Positions 38,543 through 47,280 of a DNA stretch of 52,343 nt are shown here, one piece after another. The notes under the pieces were generated by a model that was not told where the DNA came from, did not search any database, and saw only the letters and a program-made list of their open reading frames with translations. The DNA comes from an uncultured Gemmatimonadota bacterium (GTDB lineage Bacteria > GCA-2686955): assembly GCA_964490075.1 (NCBI GenBank), contig CAZBBK010000039.1, positions 1-52,343 of the forward strand, given 5' to 3'. A program made the translations under genes and the position numbers. Each line of letters starts with the position of its first letter. The first letter of the stretch is position 1.

Positions 38543-40933
38543 ATGCCGCACCGACACCCGTCGATCTCGTTTCTGGCCATCGCGCTCCCGATCGTGCTCG
38601 GATCGCCTCCGAGCACGAGTGCGGTGGCGCTCGAGGTGGCCGGCATCCACCGGATCGCGATTCCCGCCTTCCCGCGTCTGATCTCGGTCGCGCCCTCCGA
38701 GGGGCCGACGACGGGGAGCACCTGGGTGACGATCGAGGGAGGGGGGATCGTCGCCGGTGCACGGGTCCATTTCGGGGCGCTCGAGGCCCTGGCGACGGAG
38801 TGGGTGAACCCGACGCGGATCCGTGCGCTGAGCCCGGCCCAGAGTGCCGGGGTCGTCGACCTGAGCGTGGAGAACCGCCCCGGCTACGCCGCCACTATGC
38901 CCGCGGCCTTTGCCTACTACGACCCACCCCCGGCGATGATCGCTCGGCACTTCGACGCGCTCGATCTGTCGCTCAATGGCGGTGAGGGCTACAAGAGCGA
39001 ACACAATGAGAACGCGTTGCTGGCGTGGGGTGAGTCGTACGTCATGATGGCCTATCTGGCGAGCTACCAGGCGACGGGAGAGATCTACTACCTGCACAAG
39101 CTGGTCGATCACGCCGACGCGGTGCTCGCCAACCGCGACGATCATCGCGGCGTGAGCGACTACCGGGGTATTTCCGGCGCTTGCTGGATCAACCGACACT
39201 ATCAGAGCGATTCGTCGCCCTACTGCTACGTCGTGCACAGTGGGATGATCACCTATCCGATGGCACGTTTCGCGGTGCTGGTCTACTCCGATCCGCAGCT
39301 CTGGGATGTCGAGACCTACGACCAGTCGACGCTGGCCGAGAAGGCCGATCTCTACCTGCTGCGCGCGGAAGAGACCGTGGCGCATCACGAGTGGCAATGG
39401 CGCGACGGTCCGGGGAGCGACGAGGGCTACTACCTCTTCGCCCCCGACGCACCGGGAGGGATTCCGGCCGGTCTGAATCTGCCCTCGAATCAGCAGAATG
39501 CGCTCGGGCGCACGATCGTAGCGCTCTACCAGGCGACCGGCGACACGGCCTATCGAGACAAGGCCGCGGCATTGGCCAACCTCTTCGTCCGTGCGGCCGC
39601 CCTGGATGGCGACGCCTATGTTTGGGACTACTGGAACCTGATCGGCGATACCGGCTTCGATGGTCCTGGCGAGGATATCTCGCACGCCGCCATCAACGTC
39701 GACTTCGCGGCGTTGGCGCATCATGCCGGAGTGGTATTCGATGCCACCGACATGCAACGCTTTGCCGCGACTTTCACCGACAACGTGATCGCGGGCGAAG
39801 CAGCGGTGTTCGACCGGGTCGACGGTGGCGGCGGGATCGGTAGCTACGAAATTCAGGCGGGCCGCTGGCTGAATCTCGGTTCCTGGGATTCCCAGCAGGA
39901 GATGTGGTTCACGGTGCAGGGAGTGTACGAGGAGCTCTTCGACTGGGTCAGCACCGGCAGCGGCTCACTCCTGGCCGGCGTCGCCAACCTGGCGCTCTGG
40001 GAATCGGAGCTCGAGCTGCGCGGAGTCTACACCGGCAACGGCTCCGCGTCGGATTGGGCTGGCTGCGCGGCGGGGGATCTCGACGGCGACGGGCTGAGTG
40101 AGATCTGCGCCCTGCGCAATTTCGACGGAGGGCTCTTCTGCTACGACTTGAACCCGGCGACCGGAGGGGTCTCGACCTGGGGCTGGGACACCAGTCTCGG
40201 CAGCGACTGGGTCGCCCTGGCGGCGGCCGATCTCGACCAGGACGGACGCGACGAGCTGATCGCACCGAGCCACGCCGACGCCCAGATCCACTTCATCGAC
40301 TCCGACGGCGCCGGGAGCTTCGACGAGGCCTGGCACACCACCGGATGGGGTGCGGCCTCGGAGTGGGCCGGAGTCGGCGCCGGGGTGTTCGAGGCCGGGG
40401 CGCGACCCTGGGTGGCGTTGGCGCGCAACTTCGACGGTTCGATCATGGTGGCTGACTACGACATGGCGGGCAACGGCGAGATACGGGCGTCGAATCTCTC
40501 GTTCGGTGCGGAGAGCGACTGGGCCGATCTGGCGGCCGGCGATTTCGACGGCGATGGGCTGGCCGAGATCGTGGCGGCGCGCAACTCCGATGCGCACATC
40601 TTCATCCTCGACCGAGTCGGCTCCGAGCTGACGATCATCCACGAGATCAGCGGCTTCGGACCGGCCTCGGAGTGGGCCGCGGTGGCGGCCGCCGATCTGG
40701 ACGCCGACGGGGTCGACGAGATCCTGGCGGCGCGCAACTTCGACGGCATGACCTACGCCTGGAAGCTGGTCGACGGTTCGCTGCAGACTTTCGGCTACTA
40801 CAAACGTCTCGGCGCCACCCACAGCTTCGGCCCGATGGCTGGGGGCCGTCTTGCTCGCGGCTGGAACGGCGACATGCTTGTCGGTTGGAGCAACAGGACG
40901 GGGAATCTGCAGGTGTATGGGGTTCGGCCGTAG
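38543..40933 (+). CDS. Secreted IPT/TIG + helical (alpha/alpha toroid-like) + FG-GAP-like repeat protein
   Basis: SVAPSEGPTTGSTWVTIEG (IPT), helical middle with repeated YQATG, C-terminal SDW..AAGDxDGDG..EI..RNFDG repeats. Confidence 0.8.
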   Translation: MPHRHPSISFLAIALPIVLGSPPSTSAVALEVAGIHRIAIPAFPRLISVAPSEGPTTGSTWVTIEGGGIVAGARVHFGALEALATEWVNPTRIRALSPAQSAGVVDLSVENRPGYAATMPAAFAYYDPPPAMIARHFDALDLSLNGGEGYKSEHNENALLAWGESYVMMAYLASYQATGEIYYLHKLVDHADAVLANRDDHRGVSDYRGISGACWINRHYQSDSSPYCYVVHSGMITYPMARFAVLVYSDPQLWDVETYDQSTLAEKADLYLLRAEETVAHHEWQWRDGPGSDEGYYLFAPDAPGGIPAGLNLPSNQQNALGRTIVALYQATGDTAYRDKAAALANLFVRAAALDGDAYVWDYWNLIGDTGFDGPGEDISHAAINVDFAALAHHAGVVFDATDMQRFAATFTDNVIAGEAAVFDRVDGGGGIGSYEIQAGRWLNLGSWDSQQEMWFTVQGVYEELFDWVSTGSGSLLAGVANLALWESELELRGVYTGNGSASDWAGCAAGDLDGDGLSEICALRNFDGGLFCYDLNPATGGVSTWGWDTSLGSDWVALAAADLDQDGRDELIAPSHADAQIHFIDSDGAGSFDEAWHTTGWGAASEWAGVGAGVFEAGARPWVALARNFDGSIMVADYDMAGNGEIRASNLSFGAESDWADLAAGDFDGDGLAEIVAARNSDAHIFILDRVGSELTIIHEISGFGPASEWAAVAAADLDADGVDEILAARNFDGMTYAWKLVDGSLQTFGYYKRLGATHSFGPMAGGRLARGWNGDMLVGWSNRTGNLQVYGVRP

Positions 40934-40937
40934 GCGG

Positions 40938-42122
40938 TCAGGGCGTGTTGATGAGCGCCCAGTCCACGGCTCCTGGGCCGCCGTAGGCACCCATGTCGAC
41001 CCGGTCCGGATCGTTGCCGTAGCCGGGCGGCCAGGGGTGCCCGTCGTCCCTGGCGGGGGTGCCCGCATCGATGCACGGCGATGCGTGAGAGAGTGCGTAG
41101 CGATAGCCCCAGAGCGATCGTAGCTGTGGATTCAGATGGATGTTGCCCTCTCCTCCCAGCCCCTGCTCCCAGAGATTGCTGTAGTTGACTACGATCTCGG
41201 TGCAGATCTCCTCGCGGATGATGCTGTCGCGCACGTTTACGATCGAGTACTCGGAGAATCCCAGAAGATCGCAAATCGACGTGTTGTCTACGATCGTGCA
41301 GTTGATGAACCAGGGATAGGCTGCCCAGCCGAGCTCGAGGACAGCGCCGGACCCGGCTCTGTGCCCGACGACGAAGCAGTTGGTGAAGACCGGCGTTGAG
41401 CTGCCGACGAAGATGGCATTGGCGCGGTTGTCCTCGATCCAGCAGGCGTCGAAACGAGGGTTGCTTCCGCTGATCACGATTCCTCCCCGGAAGGGTGCTT
41501 CGTTGCGCCGGATGATGCAACGGCGGAACTGCGCCGCGCTGCCATCGGTGTAGATGCCTCCGCCGATCCAATCGGCCGCGTTGCCCTCGATTCGGCAGTC
41601 TTCGAACAGCGGTCCCGAGTCGTAGGGACCAGCGCAGTAGATTCCACCGCCCAGCGTGCTGCTGATGGTCTCGTTGCCGACGATCGCGCAGTGGCTGATC
41701 GTGGGCTGCGAGAGAACGCAGCGCAGGCCGCCTCCCTCTTCGGCGGCTCGCCCCCCGGTGATCGTCAGTCCCTGCAAGGCCGAGGCTCTGGATTCCCCCG
41801 CCTCGAAGCGGAACACGACGTCCTGGCCCTTCGCGTCGACCACGGTTCGGGCGACGGTCGACGAGTCCTCCGGTGCCGTTCCCCTTACAGTGATCGGCTT
41901 GGAGTGAAAGCGGATGCCCGACTCGTGGTAGGTGCCGGGCTCGACCACCACCCAATCGTCGTCGAGCGCGGCATCGATGGCCGCCTGAATCGTGGCGAAT
42001 TCACTCGGCACGCGCAACGCACGTGGTGGACGACGGTCGAGTCCGGCGGCGTTCGAGCAGCCGAGCAGCGCGAGCGCCAGAAGCGCTCTGGCCTGGGGCG
42101 TTGCAGCATTCGTCGAGCACAT
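40938..42122 (-). CDS. Secreted right-handed beta-helix repeat protein
   Basis: LRVPSEFATIQAAID, GGGIYC repeats, SPCIDAG...DMGAYGGPGA. Confidence 0.85.
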   Translation of the reverse strand: MCSTNAATPQARALLALALLGCSNAAGLDRRPPRALRVPSEFATIQAAIDAALDDDWVVVEPGTYHESGIRFHSKPITVRGTAPEDSSTVARTVVDAKGQDVVFRFEAGESRASALQGLTITGGRAAEEGGGLRCVLSQPTISHCAIVGNETISSTLGGGIYCAGPYDSGPLFEDCRIEGNAADWIGGGIYTDGSAAQFRRCIIRRNEAPFRGGIVISGSNPRFDACWIEDNRANAIFVGSSTPVFTNCFVVGHRAGSGAVLELGWAAYPWFINCTIVDNTSICDLLGFSEYSIVNVRDSIIREEICTEIVVNYSNLWEQGLGGEGNIHLNPQLRSLWGYRYALSHASPCIDAGTPARDDGHPWPPGYGNDPDRVDMGAYGGPGAVDWALINTP

Positions 42123-42293
42123 CGTCGAGCCTCTTCTTCGCTACTCGCGACGGCCTCCTGGGCAGCAATGCTACCCCCCGCCCCGCGCGATCTCAACAGG
42201 CGCCGTAGGTCCCTGCCCCTCAACCAGAGCGGTCACTCGATCGAGCAGCGTGCCGGCCATGGATCCGGCCGAGCGCGGGTCGGTCGAGTGCGT

Positions 42294-43376
42294 CTACTCC
42301 GCCAACCACCCCGCCGCGCCCGGACCCCCGAAGGCGCCCATGTCGCCGGTCCGCGAGTTGCGGCGTCCGTAGGCCGGGTGCAGGGCCGCCCAGTCGAGAC
42401 CGTCCGGCATCAAGGGATGGCCGGTGTCGATCGCCGGTGAGTTGGGGCCGAGCAGATAGGAATGGCCCGAGTGCTCGATGAAACGCGGATCGGCGCTGAT
42501 ATTGCCGGCGCCGACATAGCTTTCGGTCAAGTTGGAGTAGGTGATGATCGGCGTTGCGGTGTCATCGAGAACGATCTCGTTGGGGAGATTGTTCCAGAGA
42601 ATGCATCCGACCGCGTTCATGTACGACCAGCGGACCGACATCACCGCCCCGGCATCGGCGGCGACGTTCTTGGTGATCGTGCAGTTATTGAGAGTGATAC
42701 TGCCGTCGTACATGTAGAAGGCGCCCCCCGAGGCGTCGGCGGTGTTGCAGCCGAAGAGGGTGTTGTCGGCCCTGAGATAGGAATCTCGGTCGAGGTAGAC
42801 GCCGCCTCCGTAGCTGTCGACCGCCTGGTTGCGGGAGATGACACAGTTGCGCAGGATCGGGCGCGCGTACTCGGTCACGAAGAGGCCGCCGCCGCTGCGA
42901 CCGCTGGCGGAGTTGGCTTCGATCCAGGTGCGCTCCAGGACCGGCGCACCGCCATAGATGTAGATGCCTCCGCCCTGTCCGGCGGCGTTTCCGGTGATCA
43001 GGCAGTCGCGAATGGTCGGCGACGAGTCGCTGGTCCGGATGCCCGACCCGGAGCCCAGTACCACGGCGAGTCCGCAGAGCACGCTCGCCTCGCCCTCCCC
43101 CTCGGTGAAGCGGAACACCGCGCTCTGAGACTCCGCGTTTACGACGGTGGCCGCCACCACGTCGCGGTCGCTCGGATCGGTGCCGGTCACCTCGATCGCT
43201 TTGCCGTGGAAGCGGACGCTGTACTCGTAGTAGATGCCCGGCGCGACCACGATCCGGTCCCCGTCCTGCGACGCGTCGATGGCGCCCTGAATGGTCGTAT
43301 GATCGGCCGGAACGTGAAGCGTCGCGGCGAGCGCGGTGGCGCTGTACAGCGAAGCAAAACAAGCACTTCTGAGCAT
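42294..43376 (-). CDS. Secreted right-handed beta-helix repeat protein
   Basis: ATLHVPADHTTIQGAID, GGGIY repeats, GNISADPRF..SPAIDTG..DMGAFGGPGA. Confidence 0.87.
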   Translation of the reverse strand: MLRSACFASLYSATALAATLHVPADHTTIQGAIDASQDGDRIVVAPGIYYEYSVRFHGKAIEVTGTDPSDRDVVAATVVNAESQSAVFRFTEGEGEASVLCGLAVVLGSGSGIRTSDSSPTIRDCLITGNAAGQGGGIYIYGGAPVLERTWIEANSASGRSGGGLFVTEYARPILRNCVISRNQAVDSYGGGVYLDRDSYLRADNTLFGCNTADASGGAFYMYDGSITLNNCTITKNVAADAGAVMSVRWSYMNAVGCILWNNLPNEIVLDDTATPIITYSNLTESYVGAGNISADPRFIEHSGHSYLLGPNSPAIDTGHPLMPDGLDWAALHPAYGRRNSRTGDMGAFGGPGAAGWLAE

Positions 43377-43531
43377 TGTAAGTCCCCCGATGGATGGGTC
43401 CCCGCCCCCCCAGGAGCGGGTTGGATCCGACCGTGATGGCGGTCGGTCTGTCAGCTATCCCGGAAAGATAACCTAGATTTCTTGCACAGGAAAGGTGCCG
43501 ACGTTGCTGAGACGCCCGGACGAATGCGGGA

Positions 43532-44500
43532 TCAGTCCAGCAACCCTCTCTCACCCATCCATTCGTCGTTGAAGACCGAGCCCAGATAGCGCGTGGCGCT
43601 GTCCGGGAAGATGGTGACGATGCGCGCCGGGTCGGGCAGCGACCGGGCCAGCTTCAACGAAGCCCACAACGCCGCGCCGCTCGAGCCGCCGCCGAGGATG
43701 CCTTCACCCTTCACCAGCAGCCGCGCATGGTGAAATATGTCGCGATCAGAGATTCGGTAGACATCGTCGATCTGCTCGAAGTCGGGGCAGCCGATCAGGA
43801 ACTCGTCGCCCAGCCCCTCGACCAGGTAGGGGTGCGGCCGGACCACCTCGTGGCTATGGAAGTAGTCGTAGAAGATCGATCCTGCCGGGTCGACGGCGAC
43901 GGTTTTTATCCTCGGATCTTGCTCCTTCAGGAACTTCGCGGTGCCGCAGATCGTCCCGCCGGTGCCGATGCCGGCCACCAGGTAGTCGATCCTGCCCTCC
44001 ATCTGCCGCCAGATCTCCGGCCCGGTGGTGGCGTAGTGGGCCGCGAGATTGTCGCGGCTGTTGTGCTGGTCCGGGAAGTAGGCGCCTGGAGTCTCGGCGA
44101 CGATTCGTGGAGTGATGTTGTTGTAGCTGTCGGGTGACTCCGGCGGCAGCGAGCTGTCGACTGTGTGGACCTCTACGTCGAGGGCCCGCAGCAGGGCGAG
44201 CTTCTCCTTGCTCAGGGAGTCGCGCACCACCACCTTCAGGCGATACCCCTTCTGGATGGCGACCAGCGCCAACCCCACCGCTGTGTTGCCGGAGGAGTTC
44301 TCGATGATCAACCGACCCCGCTCCAGGCGCCCTTCGGCCTCGGCCTTCTCGATCATGTACTTGGCGATCCGGTCCTTGACGCTGCCCCCCGGGTTCATGA
44401 ACTCGAGTTTGGCGAAGATCTCGCTCGCGACATCGGCAGTGACCTTGCGGAGCCGCACCAGCGGCGTGTTGCCGATGGCGTCCAGGATGTCGTCGGGCAT
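43532..44500 (-). CDS. PLP-dependent cysteine synthase / cystathionine beta-synthase family protein
   Basis: IGNTPLVRL, NPGGSVKDRIA (PLP Lys), SSGNT, GIGTGGT; no C-terminal CBS domains. Confidence 0.93.
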   Translation of the reverse strand: MPDDILDAIGNTPLVRLRKVTADVASEIFAKLEFMNPGGSVKDRIAKYMIEKAEAEGRLERGRLIIENSSGNTAVGLALVAIQKGYRLKVVVRDSLSKEKLALLRALDVEVHTVDSSLPPESPDSYNNITPRIVAETPGAYFPDQHNSRDNLAAHYATTGPEIWRQMEGRIDYLVAGIGTGGTICGTAKFLKEQDPRIKTVAVDPAGSIFYDYFHSHEVVRPHPYLVEGLGDEFLIGCPDFEQIDDVYRISDRDIFHHARLLVKGEGILGGGSSGAALWASLKLARSLPDPARIVTIFPDSATRYLGSVFNDEWMGERGLLD

Positions 44501-44503
44501 CGG

Positions 44504-44872
44504 CTAACGCCTTTCCAGGATCTCGATGTCGTAGCCGTCGGGATCACGCACGAAGATGTAGCGCGAGGACGATGAGGGCTTCGACCGGCGCAACCACCAC
44601 CCCCGCGACTCCACGGCTGCGATCACGGCATCGAGGTCGTCGCAGGCGAAGGCCAGATGGCCGAACTGGTCGCCGAGGGCGTAGCCGCGGCCGTCGTGAT
44701 TGTGGGTGAGCTCGATGTGGTAAGCGCCGGCGTCATCGGACAGGAAGACGAGCGTGGCCTCGTCTCCGAGCCGGCGGCGGCGGACCTCGTGCAGCCCCAG
44801 GAAGCCGGTGTAGAAATCCAGCGAGCGCTCGAGGTCGGTCACGCGGATCATGGTGTGGGCGAGCTGCATCAT
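44504..44872 (-). CDS. gloA: Lactoylglutathione lyase (glyoxalase I)
   Basis: HTMIRV.DLERSLDFY, IELTHN, FGHLAF, DPDGYDIE. Confidence 0.85.
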   Translation of the reverse strand: MMQLAHTMIRVTDLERSLDFYTGFLGLHEVRRRRLGDEATLVFLSDDAGAYHIELTHNHDGRGYALGDQFGHLAFACDDLDAVIAAVESRGWWLRRSKPSSSSRYIFVRDPDGYDIEILERR

Positions 44873-44982
44873 GAAGACGGAGTCTACCCTGAACCGGCGG
44901 ACGAGAGACTCCTAGGTATGGCAAGAGCGGCAACCCTATACTCGTCGTTTTGCCCTCCCATCCACTCGCCCGGAGCCCCCCG

Positions 44983-47280
44983 ATGAGCGCCGTTCTGGCC
45001 GAAATCTCGACGCGAGCCCGCGCGGCAGGCAGAAGCAGCCTGTTCGAGCACGAAGTCTACGCCCTCCTGGAGGAGGCGGGGATCGCCACGCCCGCGCATC
45101 TCTTCATCCCCGCGGGGGAACCGCTCTCGCCCGAGGCTCTCGATGCCATTCCCTCCTCCGAGGTGGTGCTGAAGATCGTGTCGGCCGACGTAACGCACAA
45201 GAGCGATGTCGGCGGGGTGCGATTTCTGGCTCGAGAGAGCGACGCGGTCGCCGCCGCAATCGCCGAGATGCTCGACACGGTCGCGCGGGCCGCCCCGGAG
45301 GCCGAAATTGCCGGAACCCTGATCGCCGAACGGATCGATTACGAGACCGATCTGCCCGGCTCGGAGTATCTGCTGAGCTGCCGCTGGGACGACGCCTTCG
45401 GTCCGGTGGTGGTCTTTGGCATCGGCGGCCTGCTCACCGAGTGGTATGCCGACGTCACCGAGGGGGGGGCGCAGACCATCGCGTCGGCCAGCGACGACGC
45501 GCTCGACCGGGCGATCCAGACGATCGCGAGGAGCCCGCTGGGCGTGCTGGCTCTCGAGCCCGGGCGCCTGCACCGCGACCCCCCGGCGCAAATGGAGACC
45601 TTGTCGCGGGCCTTGCACGCGGTGTCGAAGCTGGCGCGCCTGTGCCACCAGGGAAGCTGCATCGCGGAGCTGGAGATCAACCCGCTGGCGGCGCGGCGCG
45701 GACAGCTGGTGGCGGTCGACGGCTTCGCCCGTCTCGGCACACCGCCGGCGCACGACCGGGCGCCGCGACCGCTGGCGACGATCGCCGGGCTGCTGCACCC
45801 ACGCAGCGCGTGCGTGTTGGGAGCCTCGACCCGCGGCGCCAATGCCGGGCGGATCATCCTGCAGAACCTCAAGAGCGCCCCGGGCCTCGACTACGGGCAT
45901 CTCTATGCGATTCACGGCAAGGCCGAGCGCATCGATGGGATTCCCTGCCACGCGAGCATTGCCGAGCTGCCCGAGCGAGTCGACCTGGCGGTGGTGGCGC
46001 TGCCGGCCGATGCGGCCGTAGAGGCGATCGCCGAGCTGGTGCGAGCCGACAAGGCGCGTGCGATCATCCTGATCACCGGAGGCTTCGCCGAGACCGGCCA
46101 GACCGGACGCGCGCAGGCGGTGCGCGACACCATGCGCGAGGCGCGCGCGCGCGACGACGGCGGCGCGGTGCTGGTCGGCGGCAACTGCCTGGGCATCGTC
46201 AGCAAGCGTGAATACAACACCTTTTTCCTGCCTTCCTACAAGCTCCCCCTGAGCGACGCTCCGGGGAGCAACCTGGCGGTCATCAGCCAGTCGGGCGCCT
46301 ACCTGGTGTCGCTCTCGAGCAACCTCGACAGCATCGTCCATCCTCGGGCGTCGATCAGCTACGGCAACGAGATGGACCTCACCGCCTCGGATTTCTTCGA
46401 GTACTACCTCGACCACGAGCCCGACCTGCGGGTGTTCGGCTTCTACATCGAGGGTTTCGCGCCGGCGGAAGGAGAGCGCTTCGTGCGCTTGACCCGGCGT
46501 GCCACCGAGGAGGGCAAGGCGGTGGTGGTCTACAAGGCCGGCCGCACCGAGTTCGGAGCGCGTGCCGCCGCCAGCCACACCGCGTCGATGGTCGGCAACT
46601 ACGATGTGGCGCGTGCGTTGCTCGAGGATGCCGGTGCGCTGGTCACACGCACCCTGAACCGCTTCGAGGACTTCACCAAGATCCTGACCATGCTCGACCG
46701 GCGCATTCCGCGCGGCAAGCGGGTGGCGGTGGTCACCAACGCCGGCTTCGAGGCCGGGGCGGTCAGCGACCATCTCTACGACCTGGAGTTGGCCGAGCTC
46801 CAGGACGAGACGATCGCCAGGTTGAGAGATGTGCTGCCCGAGATCGCTCACGCCGGCAATCCCGTCGACACCACGCCGATGGCTGACAGCGAGGTGTTCT
46901 CGGCCTGCGTGGAGATCGTCGCCACCGACCCGGGTGTCGACATGCTGATCGCATCGGCGGTGCCGGCGACGCCGGCGCTCGACATCCTGGCACCCGACCT
47001 GAGCGGCGCCCATCCGGAAAACGTGTTCGCGATGAACTCGGTCCCGGCAAGGCTCTTCCGCACCTTCCAATCGATCGACAAGCCGATGGTCTGCGCGGTC
47101 GACTCGGGCCGGCTCTACGACCCCAGCGTGCTGCTGCTGCAACGCAACGGCATACCGGTCTATCGCAAGATCGACCGTGCCAGCCGGGCGCTGGCGGCGT
47201 TTCGTCATGTGCAGCAGTTGCGCGGTCACCAAGCTCTATCCGGATCAAACCCCAGCAAAGTCCGAGTGCTCCCTCTTTGA
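44983..47280 (+). CDS. ADP-forming acyl-CoA synthetase (acetate--CoA ligase family), ATP-grasp domain N-terminal
   Basis: VLKIVS..HKSDVGGV and ELEINPL (ATP-grasp), then CoA-binding domain, GGNCLG, SQSGA, YGNEMD, AAASHTA phospho-His loop. Confidence 0.92.
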   Translation: MSAVLAEISTRARAAGRSSLFEHEVYALLEEAGIATPAHLFIPAGEPLSPEALDAIPSSEVVLKIVSADVTHKSDVGGVRFLARESDAVAAAIAEMLDTVARAAPEAEIAGTLIAERIDYETDLPGSEYLLSCRWDDAFGPVVVFGIGGLLTEWYADVTEGGAQTIASASDDALDRAIQTIARSPLGVLALEPGRLHRDPPAQMETLSRALHAVSKLARLCHQGSCIAELEINPLAARRGQLVAVDGFARLGTPPAHDRAPRPLATIAGLLHPRSACVLGASTRGANAGRIILQNLKSAPGLDYGHLYAIHGKAERIDGIPCHASIAELPERVDLAVVALPADAAVEAIAELVRADKARAIILITGGFAETGQTGRAQAVRDTMREARARDDGGAVLVGGNCLGIVSKREYNTFFLPSYKLPLSDAPGSNLAVISQSGAYLVSLSSNLDSIVHPRASISYGNEMDLTASDFFEYYLDHEPDLRVFGFYIEGFAPAEGERFVRLTRRATEEGKAVVVYKAGRTEFGARAAASHTASMVGNYDVARALLEDAGALVTRTLNRFEDFTKILTMLDRRIPRGKRVAVVTNAGFEAGAVSDHLYDLELAELQDETIARLRDVLPEIAHAGNPVDTTPMADSEVFSACVEIVATDPGVDMLIASAVPATPALDILAPDLSGAHPENVFAMNSVPARLFRTFQSIDKPMVCAVDSGRLYDPSVLLLQRNGIPVYRKIDRASRALAAFRHVQQLRGHQALSGSNPSKVRVLPL

